Of a stretch of 37,052 bases of DNA, positions 1 to 9,436 are shown piece by piece. Origin of the DNA: Candidatus Theseobacter exili (GTDB taxonomy: Bacteria; Auribacterota; JACPWU01; Theseobacterales; Theseobacteraceae); assembly GCA_030765365.1 (NCBI GenBank), contig JAVCCS010000092.1, positions 1-37,052 of the forward strand, written 5' to 3'. Made by a program: the position numbers and the translations under genes. Below the pieces are notes generated by a model. It was not told where the DNA came from. It saw only the letters and a list, made by a program, of their open reading frames with translations, and did not search any database. The stretch's first letter is position 1. Every line of letters begins with the position of its first letter.

Positions 1-501
1 ACCGTAACTGTATTTGACCATACAGCCACCGTAACCATTTCCGGAAACGCTGTTGATTTTCCGTATTTTGATCATTTAATTCTATCACCTGCACCCAAAG
101 TATATGGACGAATCAATATCAACACTGCATCTGTTAATGCTTTGCAAGGATTACCCGGAATAACCAGTACATTAGCAACAAATATTAAAGATTATATTGA
201 TGGTCCGGATAATATTTTGTGGACAGGTGACGATGAACTCATTGACACAAAGGGTAAATTATTGAAAGTAACAGGCATAGATGAAGATGAATTTAAAAAA
301 ATCTGCAATCTTGTTACCACTCGAAGCGACGTATTTAAGGTAATTGTAAAAGCCCAGGCAATAAAAGACAGGGGCTCTATAGGCGGAGATATACTTGCTA
401 GCGATGATAACATCACCGCACAATGCACACTGGAAGCTATTGTTGACCGTTCAGATTACCCAAACGTTAAAGTCCTGTATCTGCGTTACAGGGAAGAATA
501 A
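1..501 (+). CDS. 3' part of a GspK-like (T2SS minor pseudopilin) / helix-hairpin-helix protein, truncated at the window start
   Basis: Frame is open from base 1 (TVTVFDHT...). Contains GRININTAS followed by HhH LQGLPGI, then GPDNILWTGDD and TTRSDVFKVIV, the C-terminal pattern of GspK-like proteins. Confidence 0.6.
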   Translation, partial: TVTVFDHTATVTISGNAVDFPYFDHLILSPAPKVYGRININTASVNALQGLPGITSTLATNIKDYIDGPDNILWTGDDELIDTKGKLLKVTGIDEDEFKKICNLVTTRSDVFKVIVKAQAIKDRGSIGGDILASDDNITAQCTLEAIVDRSDYPNVKVLYLRYREE

Positions 502-505
502 AAAA

Positions 506-1405
506 TCACATATTCTTTGCTCTTTTTTTGACGAAACGGTCAAAACCCTCTTCCAGATTTTGAATATTTGATCCGTAATACTTGTACAGCATCTTATTGG
601 TATCGCCGGATTCCATACAATCTTTAATAAAAACTGAAAAGGTTGATTCAGGCCAGTTCATCCTTAAAAAAGCTACAAACCATTTCGCGTTTTCGTAGAA
701 CGATTTTACAGCGGTTGTGCTTAAACCGTAAATTTTTGCGTTTATGAGGCTTTTTACTGAATAACCGTAATATTTTTCACTAAACACTGCTCTTTTGCTT
801 TTTTTCGTCCCTTTGAACGCAGCATATGCAAACTTCTCGTACCATTCTGCAAGGCCTTCGTTTAACCATAAAGCAGGCTTTTTTCGAAAAAATCTATTGA
901 ATACAATATGCGTCATTTCGTGTGAAAAAATAGCGGCACTTCCCGAATTATCCGGCTTTTGCTGCAGGAACATAACGGTACTCCTGACAAAAGAATCAGC
1001 CCACTTATAGGTAACAGGCACACTTGATTTAAAATAATCCCAGCTCTCTTTGTCCTTAAAAATAAATATGTGCGAACGCCCTTTTACACGGTCTTTAATA
1101 TCACCGCCCAAATCATCAGGAATATACGCATAAAAAAACTCCGCCATCCTGGCTACCTTACGTGCATATATTGTCTTTTGGTAATGAATAACAAAATGAT
1201 CTGTCCGAGCATGTTTCCACTTAATTTCAGGCAGGTTTAAAGCTGACTTGCCAAATAAAGTAAGGGTATCTTTCTCATAATCACCATCGTTAACAACCTG
1301 CCAGGAAAGCTTTCGTTTACCTTTATCAATTGCAGAAAAAGCAGGCAAAGCCAAAAACACAATCAAAACAAACACCAAACTCTTTTTGGGGTCAGGTCTT
1401 AACAT
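506..1405 (-). CDS. Secreted gluzincin (peptidase MA-like) metallopeptidase
   Basis: Signal peptide KKSLVFVLIVFLALPAFSA; TDHFVIHY; HEMTH followed by PALWLNEGLAEW (HExxH...E). The ATG lies inside the left inverted repeat, with GGAG 9 nt upstream. Confidence 0.75.
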   Translation of the reverse strand: MLRPDPKKSLVFVLIVFLALPAFSAIDKGKRKLSWQVVNDGDYEKDTLTLFGKSALNLPEIKWKHARTDHFVIHYQKTIYARKVARMAEFFYAYIPDDLGGDIKDRVKGRSHIFIFKDKESWDYFKSSVPVTYKWADSFVRSTVMFLQQKPDNSGSAAIFSHEMTHIVFNRFFRKKPALWLNEGLAEWYEKFAYAAFKGTKKSKRAVFSEKYYGYSVKSLINAKIYGLSTTAVKSFYENAKWFVAFLRMNWPESTFSVFIKDCMESGDTNKMLYKYYGSNIQNLEEGFDRFVKKRAKNM

Positions 1406-1411
1406 TTAACA
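1388..1411 (+). repeat. Left terminal inverted repeat GGGGTCAGGTCTTAACATTTAACA
   Basis: Exact reverse complement of 2385..2408 (24/24). Confidence 0.95.
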
Positions 1412-2333
1412 GTTTCTCCAATTTTTCAACACTTTTTGCCAACTGGCCATGTGTAAAAAACTTTTGTCTAAATCTCTTAATTTGCATACAAACTGCAGCA
1501 TATTTAAGACCACCTTCATTTTCACCAATTTGAGCTAAGGTATATCCTGTATGCTCTTTAGCCAGGTACATTCTTAAGTTTCTTTTTAAATTATTATTCA
1601 CATGCAAATCCCTTACAATATTTCTAATCATATCGTAATCAATATGATTTTTTCTAAGAGCTTTCAATTCCGGTAAATTCTCGTCATCAAGATCAGTCAA
1701 ATACTCATTTTTCACATATTCAACAAAATCTGAGTCACCAACTATTGGACCACATGTATTATTTTTAATTTTTTGATCCACATAATCCTTAACCTCATTC
1801 ACAAACACGGTATAGCTCTTTCTTGCGTTACTTTCCGTTTCACCAAACAAACTCAATATAAAATTTACTTCCAACCATTTCGGTGTTTCCCTCTTGTTTA
1901 CAAAATATTTGAAGCTTGATGATTCATAATCGAATGGCGTTTTTGCAATTAATGCCTTGACTGGATTTAAGTGAATATATGCCGATAAATAATGCAAATA
2001 TGACTCTATATCTATAACAACAGCTTTATAACGCCCCCTGAATAATGGACCTTTACGCTGCCTTTTTCTATTGTAATATACGCTGTACCCAACATTTATT
2101 GTATGCATTACCCGATTTAAATTAGCATTAGGTGTTTCAACAATGAGGTGATAGTGGTTATCCATAAGGCAGTAACTATGAATTTTTGCACAATATTTTT
2201 TGTTAACCAGTTCAAGATATTCAAAAAATTTATCATTGTCCCTGGAATTGTCAAATATTTTTATCTGCCCAAGTCCATGCTGAAAAACATGGTAAAAAGC
2301 CCCCGGATATTCTATTCGTAAAGGTCTGGCCAT
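1392..2333 (-). CDS. REP-associated-type tyrosine transposase (Y1_Tnp, HUH) with a C-terminal DnaA_C-like HTH
   Basis: MARPLRIEYPGAFYHV N-terminus; YCLMDNHYHL (HUH); GPLFRGRYKA; YIHLNPVKA (catalytic Tyr); C-terminal MYLAKEHTGYTLAQIG HTH. Start moved to ATG 2333 on the basis of a GGGAG RBS. Confidence 0.92.
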   Translation of the reverse strand: MARPLRIEYPGAFYHVFQHGLGQIKIFDNSRDNDKFFEYLELVNKKYCAKIHSYCLMDNHYHLIVETPNANLNRVMHTINVGYSVYYNRKRQRKGPLFRGRYKAVVIDIESYLHYLSAYIHLNPVKALIAKTPFDYESSSFKYFVNKRETPKWLEVNFILSLFGETESNARKSYTVFVNEVKDYVDQKIKNNTCGPIVGDSDFVEYVKNEYLTDLDDENLPELKALRKNHIDYDMIRNIVRDLHVNNNLKRNLRMYLAKEHTGYTLAQIGENEGGLKYAAVCMQIKRFRQKFFTHGQLAKSVEKLEKLLNVKT

Positions 2334-2369
2334 TATTAAACTCCCTAAATTTATATATTCAATATGTAA

Positions 2370-2397
2370 ATTATACATACATATTGTTAAATGTTAA
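2370..2397 (-). promoter_or_regulatory. Putative sigma70 promoter of the transposase, with its -35 inside the right IR
   Basis: TTAACA (2397-2392), 16 nt spacer, TATAAT (2375-2370), 36 nt upstream of the ATG. Confidence 0.5.
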
Positions 2398-2408
2398 GAC
2401 CTGACCCC
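2385..2408 (-). repeat. Right terminal inverted repeat (TGTTAAATGTTAAGACCTGACCCC on +)
   Basis: Exact reverse complement of 1388..1411. Confidence 0.95.
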
Positions 2409-3424
2409 ATTATTTTTGAATATACTTCATCAACAGTAAGAGCATTAAGGCATTCATAGTTTTTGGGACAATCATGAGGTAAACATTCTTCACACCCAAC
2501 ATCTTTCTGCAGAGCTATATCATTCTTTCCAACCGGGCCCCAGACATTTGGGCCAAGATCTTTATGTTTACGCCCAAAAATAGCTATTACTGGAGTTCCT
2601 ACTGCGGTTGCAAGATGGACAGGACCTGAATCGTTTGAAACTACAATGGCAGCATTTTTTAATACTGCGGCTGTTTCTTTTATTGTAAGTTTTCCCGTTA
2701 AATCACATATATTATCTTTGTTACTTCTTTTTATCCTCTTCCCTAAGTCTTCTGAACCGGGACCGCCGATTATTACACATTTTAATTTGTTCTCTTTAAT
2801 TGTTTTTGCACACAAGGCTTCAAATCTATCGAGTGGCCACTTCTTTGATCTGCAGCTGGCATCAGGATGAACAGCAATATATTTGTCCGTTTCTTTAATG
2901 CCCTCTTCTTCTAATAGTTTTCTCACTTTTTCTTCAATTTCTTCAGGCACATATACAACCGGCTCCCGAGACACTACAGGAATGTTCAAATATTCAAGCA
3001 TTTCAAAGTTGTAGTCCATCTCATGCTTTAATGCTTTCCGCTTAAGATATGGAAGTTTATCTGTTAGCAAAAATCCCATTTTTCTACTCCAACCAACTCT
3101 TCTTTTTATCCTTGCCAGCCAGCTGATTAGATTTACACGATTCGTACTGTGTAATATGAGTACAAGATCAAACTGCTTTCTTTTTAACCAGTAGGCAAAG
3201 CGTATTGAAGAAAGCCAACTTTTGTGAATTCTTTTTTTATCACATATGATCACTTCGTTTAAATCAGGATTCCCGGCGACAATATCCACTGTGTAAGGAC
3301 GCACCATCATTGCTATATATGCATTCGGATATGCTTGCCTTAATGATTTTATAACCGGAGTTGATAAAACGACATCTCCCAGCCTGTCAGTTCTTGAAAT
3401 CAGTATTTTCTTATATTCATCCAT
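2387..3424 (-). CDS. waaF: LPS heptosyltransferase (GT9, WaaF-like)
   Basis: ILISRTDRLGDVVLSTP, HPDAS..SKKWP, DLTGKLT and VVSNDSGPVHLATAVGTPVIAIFG. Start is ATG 3424 or 3433 rather than 3493. Confidence 0.85.
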   Translation of the reverse strand: MDEYKKILISRTDRLGDVVLSTPVIKSLRQAYPNAYIAMMVRPYTVDIVAGNPDLNEVIICDKKRIHKSWLSSIRFAYWLKRKQFDLVLILHSTNRVNLISWLARIKRRVGWSRKMGFLLTDKLPYLKRKALKHEMDYNFEMLEYLNIPVVSREPVVYVPEEIEEKVRKLLEEEGIKETDKYIAVHPDASCRSKKWPLDRFEALCAKTIKENKLKCVIIGGPGSEDLGKRIKRSNKDNICDLTGKLTIKETAAVLKNAAIVVSNDSGPVHLATAVGTPVIAIFGRKHKDLGPNVWGPVGKNDIALQKDVGCEECLPHDCPKNYECLNALTVDEVYSKIMGSGLNI

Positions 3425-3570
3425 GTTTACCATATATCCCTTTTTATGAAGATAACCATAGTTTTTACACCAGAGCATACTTTTATTCAACATGAGATTT
3501 TATAATAGGGAGGTTAGATTAGTGTAAATGCAAACAGGAATTACAGAATCAATTACGCATTCCCATATAG

Positions 3571-3607
3571 AACAAAAGGCTCACAGAAGATTGTCCTGTG
3601 AGCCTTT
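3571..3607 (-). terminator. Intrinsic terminator after tRNA-Glu
   Basis: 12-bp perfect stem AAAGGCTCACAG (3575-3586) / CTGTGAGCCTTT (3596-3607), with a 9-nt loop and a TTTTGTT tail on the minus strand. Confidence 0.8.
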
Positions 3608-3610
3608 ATT

Positions 3611-3688
3611 TGGCGACCCCGACGGGATTCGAACCCGTGTTCCAGGCTTGAAAGGCCTGTGTCCTAGACCAGGCTGGACGACGGGGTC
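3611..3688 (-). tRNA. tRNA-Glu(TTC)
   Basis: GACCCCG...CGGGGTC-G-CCA acceptor stem; anticodon arm CAGGC-CT-TTC-AA-GCCTG; T arm GGTTCGAATCC. Confidence 0.97.
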
Positions 3689-3705
3689 ATCAAGTAATAT
3701 TTTTC

Positions 3706-3781
3706 TGGTGGGTCGCCCGAGACTCGAACTCGGCACCCACGGCTTAAAAGGCCGTTGCTCTACCGGATGAGCTAGCAACCC
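3706..3781 (-). tRNA. tRNA-Lys(TTT)
   Basis: GGGTTGC...GCGACCC-A-CCA; anticodon arm ACGGC-CT-TTT-AA-GCCGT; T arm GAGTTCGAGTCTC. Confidence 0.97.
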
Positions 3782-3795
3782 ACCGAAAACATTTT

Positions 3796-5699
<1,904 letters not shown>

Positions 5700-5727
5700 C
5701 TTGCTTTACTTCCTTCCTTCTTATTAT

Positions 5728-6948
5728 CTATTTATCCGGCTGATCCGCTTTCTTTTTTGTTTCTTTAGAAGGAGTTTTTTCTTTTTCTTCTTTTTTCTTT
5801 GCGGTTGTTGCTTTTGGCTTTTTAACTGCCGAGTCAGCCTTTACAGCAGTTTTTTTGTCGTTTTTTTCACTAACATTCTTTTCAACCTTCTTTTTTACTT
5901 CTGCTTTGGATTCATCAGTTACTTTTTTGTCGACAACTTTTGTTGCTTTCTTTTCATCTTTCACTTCCGGTTTCACTTCCGGCACGGCTTTTTCTTCCGC
6001 TTTTTTATCGGGTTTTACATCTGTTTTCTTGGTTACCGTCTCAGCTTCTTTAACAACGGCAGGAGTAGGTGCTGGTGTTCTTGAAACATCTTGTACCGGC
6101 TTGGCTTCTTTAACAACGGTAGGAGTAGGTGCTGGTGTTCTTGAAACATGCTTTTCATGCACCGGCTTGGCTTCTTTAACAACGGCAGGAGTAGGTGCTG
6201 GTGTTCTTGAAACATGCTTTTCATGCACCGGCTTGGCTTCTTTAACTACTTGTTCAACCGGTTTTCTATGCGCATTTCCTTCCTTAACTGCCATTTTTAA
6301 TTTTTCAAGGATCAATCTTATGTTCCGCATTGCATCATCATTACCTGCAATCGGGTAAGTGATGTTGTCAGGATTTGTATTAGTATCAATAATTGCAACT
6401 ATAGGTATACCTACTTTTAAAGCTTCCAGAACGGCTATTTTTTCCTTGTCAACGTCTACAACAATCATAGCGCCGGGCAAACGTTCCATGTCTTTAACAC
6501 CATCCAGGTTTCTATGAAGCTTTGTCGCTTGTCGTCTAAGTGCAGATGCCTCTTTCTTGGAAAGTTTTTTAAGGATTCCATCCTTTTCCATCTTATCCAA
6601 TTCATTGAGACGCTTTACACTTTTTCGAATTGTTGTAAAATTCGTAAGTGTTCCTCCAAGCCATCTTTCAGAAATCCACGGCATTTCAGAGTCTTTTGCA
6701 ATTTCGGCAACAATTTTGCGCGATTGTTTTTTTGTTCCCACAAAAATTATCTCATTGCCTTCAGCTACACAATCTCTTACAAACTGCCAAGCAATTTCCA
6801 CCTGGCGCAATGTCTGCTTGAGATCAATGATATAAATACCGTTGCGCTCCTCAAAAATATAACGTTTCATCTTCGGGTTCCAACGATTTGTCCTGTGCCC
6901 TAGATGGGCCCCTGCTTCTAATAATTCTTTAATTGTAATAACAGCCAA
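5728..6948 (-). CDS. rpsB: 30S ribosomal protein uS2 with a long repetitive C-terminal extension
   Basis: LLEAGAHLGH..RWNPKM, FVGTKKQ, RWLGGTLTNF, IAGNDDA. TTG start at 6948 with an AAGGAG RBS. Confidence 0.97.
   Translation of the reverse strand: MAVITIKELLEAGAHLGHRTNRWNPKMKRYIFEERNGIYIIDLKQTLRQVEIAWQFVRDCVAEGNEIIFVGTKKQSRKIVAEIAKDSEMPWISERWLGGTLTNFTTIRKSVKRLNELDKMEKDGILKKLSKKEASALRRQATKLHRNLDGVKDMERLPGAMIVVDVDKEKIAVLEALKVGIPIVAIIDTNTNPDNITYPIAGNDDAMRNIRLILEKLKMAVKEGNAHRKPVEQVVKEAKPVHEKHVSRTPAPTPAVVKEAKPVHEKHVSRTPAPTPTVVKEAKPVQDVSRTPAPTPAVVKEAETVTKKTDVKPDKKAEEKAVPEVKPEVKDEKKATKVVDKKVTDESKAEVKKKVEKNVSEKNDKKTAVKADSAVKKPKATTAKKKEEKEKTPSKETKKKADQPDK
6044..6246. repeat. Coding tandem repeat in rpsB (units of 60, 66 and 66 bp plus a partial unit)
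   Basis: Units begin at 6044, 6104, 6170 and 6236 and encode VVKEAKPV(HEKH/QD)VSRTPAPTP(A/T). Confidence 0.95.
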
Positions 6949-7006
6949 GTAATGTCTCCTTCCATTTCTACACAAAAAGATTCATCTCAAAGAAAAATCT
7001 TGCCAT

Positions 7007-7034
7007 ACTATAGCACAAGTTTTTTTGATTTCAA
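7007..7034 (-). promoter_or_regulatory. Putative sigma70 promoter of the rpsB-tsf-pyrH-frr-tRNA operon
   Basis: TTGAAA, 16 nt spacer, TATAGT with an extended -10 TGn. Confidence 0.65.
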
Positions 7035-7070
7035 GGTAAAAATCCAATAATATTTGTCTATTTTCACATT

Positions 7071-7730
7071 TCATTGCATTTTAGCTCGAACATGAACCAT
7101 ATTCAAGCGACTTTTTAGCTCAGATCTGCATTTTATTATACTTTCTTCATCGGCATCATCTGAAACGTAATACGGATCTCCAAGAACAAAACGGCCCTTT
7201 GAAAAAGGGAAAGGAACCCGAAATTCATCCCATGTTTTAAGTATTTTTTTGTTTTTTACATCGTAAGCAATAGGAATTATAGGTGCTCCAGTCCTTGCAG
7301 CCAAAGCGACAGCCCCAGGATGCACCTCGTATTTAGGACCTCTCGGGCCATCAGGTGTAATTCCAATATCGCAACCTTCCTCAATCTTCTGAGCCAAATC
7401 TATAAATGCATGTCCTCCTCTTCTTGAAGAAGAACCTCTCACTACACCAATACCCTGCCTGTACATTGTCCTGCTAATTAATTCTCCGTCCTTACTTAAA
7501 CTTATCAATGACGCAATTTTCAAGCCCTTAAGTATGTTTCTATAATAATAGGATTGAAGCAAAATCTGGTTATGCCAGAATGCAAAAATCACCGGTTGAT
7601 TCATTTCTTTCAGTTTCAATAAAGGCTCTTGTCCCAACACCTCCCACTTAGTTGTTTTCCCACAAAAATCAATATATCCCGATGCTAAAGCAGGTATGCT
7701 AATTAAGCCTAATAGTTCTAATATTTTCAT
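7071..7730 (-). CDS. DUF374 / lysophospholipid acyltransferase family protein
   Basis: FAFWHNQ, SLSKDGE, VRGSSSRRG, ITPDGPRGP, TWDEFRVPFPFS. Confidence 0.88.
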   Translation of the reverse strand: MKILELLGLISIPALASGYIDFCGKTTKWEVLGQEPLLKLKEMNQPVIFAFWHNQILLQSYYYRNILKGLKIASLISLSKDGELISRTMYRQGIGVVRGSSSRRGGHAFIDLAQKIEEGCDIGITPDGPRGPKYEVHPGAVALAARTGAPIIPIAYDVKNKKILKTWDEFRVPFPFSKGRFVLGDPYYVSDDADEESIIKCRSELKSRLNMVHVRAKMQ

Positions 7731-9436
7731 AAGTTAAATTGTAATTTGTATATTTTTCGATATGACGGACAGGAATCCATTAATTCATCATGTGTACCAT
7801 GTCCAATAATTTTTCCATTACTTAAAACAATAATTGCGTCAGCACTTTGAACTGTTGATAAGCGGTGTGCAATAACAAGACACGTTCTCTGTTCCATAAG
7901 ATGTTCTATTGCCTCCTGAACAAGCCGTTCCGATTCGGTATCCAAAGCAGATGTTGCTTCGTCAAGAATCAGCACAGGAGGATCTTTCAAAATGGCACGG
8001 GCAATAGCAAGACGTTGTCTTTGCCCGCCTGACAGTTTCACTCCTTTTTCACCAACTACAGTATTATAACCATCCGGAGTCTCTTGTATAAATGAATGAG
8101 CGTTTGCAGCTTGGGCCGCTTTGAAGATCTCCTCGTCCAGACATTCCAGATTGCCGTACGAAATGTTATGTTTTATTGTATCATTAAATAGTATTGTTTC
8201 CTGAGTTACAATTCCTATCTGTTTTCTAAGAGACGCTAAACTAACATCTCTAATATCTAAGCCATCAACTAATATCCGGCCATTTGTTGGATCATAAAAT
8301 CTCGGGATAAGATTAGCAATGGTTGTTTTCCCTACCCCGCTTGGCCCTACAAGTGCGGTAACCTGACCTCGTTTCATTTGAAAATTTACTTTTTCAATTA
8401 CGGGAACAGTCGAATCTTCATAGCTAAAAGAAACGTCTTTAAAATCTATTGTTTTACTAAAAGCTGGTAAAATCTGTGCAGATTCGGTTTCCGGTACTGA
8501 CGTTTTTTCATCAATAATCTCAAATATCCTTCCACCAGCTGCTAAAGCCTGCTGAATAGTATTGTTTACTCGACTCAATTTTTTTACAGGTTCATAAAGA
8601 AGGAATAGCGCTCCCATAAAAGCAAGAAAAGTGGCCTTATCAAAATGTTTTGCACCATACCAAATAGCAAATGCAACTCCAACAGATGAAATCGCTTCGA
8701 TTATTGGCCTAACTGCTACAGAAGATTTTACAATTTCCATAGCATGCTTGAAAAGTTGTTTGTTTTCTACTTTGAATTTATCAATTTCATATTCCTCCAT
8801 GGCAAATGCTTTTACAATGCGTGCTCCTGTAAAAGTTTCATGCAGGATACTGGTAAGATCCGCCATTTTCGCCTGGGAAGAGAAACTTGCTTTACGAAGA
8901 CGCTTCCCGTACTTAATAATAGGCAAAAGAGTTACCGGAAAAACAAGCATGGATAATAAAGCCAGAACAGGATCCCAAATGAATACTGTCACAGCCAATC
9001 CTATAATGCATAGTGGCTGTTGAATTAAGTCTGTAACAATATTCGAAATTGAACTTTGAACAATTGCAACATCATTTGTAATCCTGCTAATTAGTTGTCC
9101 GGTTCTGCGATCTGCAAAAAAATCTACCGATAGTGTTTGTATATGTGAGTAAAGATCATTTCTAATATCCATTATTGCACGTTGTCCTACCCAATTCATT
9201 AAGTATGCCCTTCCATAATCAAACAACCCGCGAAAAAGAAATGTAAATACTATCAGTAGAGAAATCGGGTTTAAAAATGTACTGTATTTATAATCAAAGC
9301 CTGTTTTTAGTACATATCTAAGAATCCATGCCACCGCTGTGTTAAGCGCAGAAAAAAGCACCATAAAGACCATGGCCCAAATAATACGAGATCGATATGG
9401 TTTTATCTTCATAAGAAGCCTGTGGTAAGTATTCAT
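7727..9436 (-). CDS. msbA: Lipid A export ABC transporter
   Basis: N-terminal TM domain, GPSGVGKTT, LSGGQRQR, LILDEATSALD; directly follows lpxB. Confidence 0.9.
   Translation of the reverse strand: MNTYHRLLMKIKPYRSRIIWAMVFMVLFSALNTAVAWILRYVLKTGFDYKYSTFLNPISLLIVFTFLFRGLFDYGRAYLMNWVGQRAIMDIRNDLYSHIQTLSVDFFADRRTGQLISRITNDVAIVQSSISNIVTDLIQQPLCIIGLAVTVFIWDPVLALLSMLVFPVTLLPIIKYGKRLRKASFSSQAKMADLTSILHETFTGARIVKAFAMEEYEIDKFKVENKQLFKHAMEIVKSSVAVRPIIEAISSVGVAFAIWYGAKHFDKATFLAFMGALFLLYEPVKKLSRVNNTIQQALAAGGRIFEIIDEKTSVPETESAQILPAFSKTIDFKDVSFSYEDSTVPVIEKVNFQMKRGQVTALVGPSGVGKTTIANLIPRFYDPTNGRILVDGLDIRDVSLASLRKQIGIVTQETILFNDTIKHNISYGNLECLDEEIFKAAQAANAHSFIQETPDGYNTVVGEKGVKLSGGQRQRLAIARAILKDPPVLILDEATSALDTESERLVQEAIEHLMEQRTCLVIAHRLSTVQSADAIIVLSNGKIIGHGTHDELMDSCPSYRKIYKLQFNL

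Larger units (their letters stand above)
1388..2408 (-). mobile_element. IR-bounded HUH/Y1 (RAYT-like) element, 1021 bp
   Basis: One Y1 transposase gene bounded by perfect 24-bp terminal inverted repeats. No target-site duplication seen. Looks AT-richer than the flanks by eye. Confidence 0.8.

Noticed and set aside
1380-2415. Classical DDE insertion sequence or REP array
   Set aside because: The enzyme is HUH/Y1, the flanks (TTTTT / ATTAT) show no duplication, and I saw no further IR copies or REP clusters in the window.
3611-3630. tRNA 3' ends as integration sites for an island
   Set aside because: No integrase and no duplicated tRNA 3' end were seen; core genes follow both tRNA loci.
3528-3778. 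80-aa and 65-aa ORFs
   Set aside because: They overlap tRNA-Glu and tRNA-Lys and are spurious.
6044-6246. 60-66 bp periodicity as a CRISPR array
   Set aside because: The whole unit repeats with no unique spacers; it is a coding repeat of rpsB.
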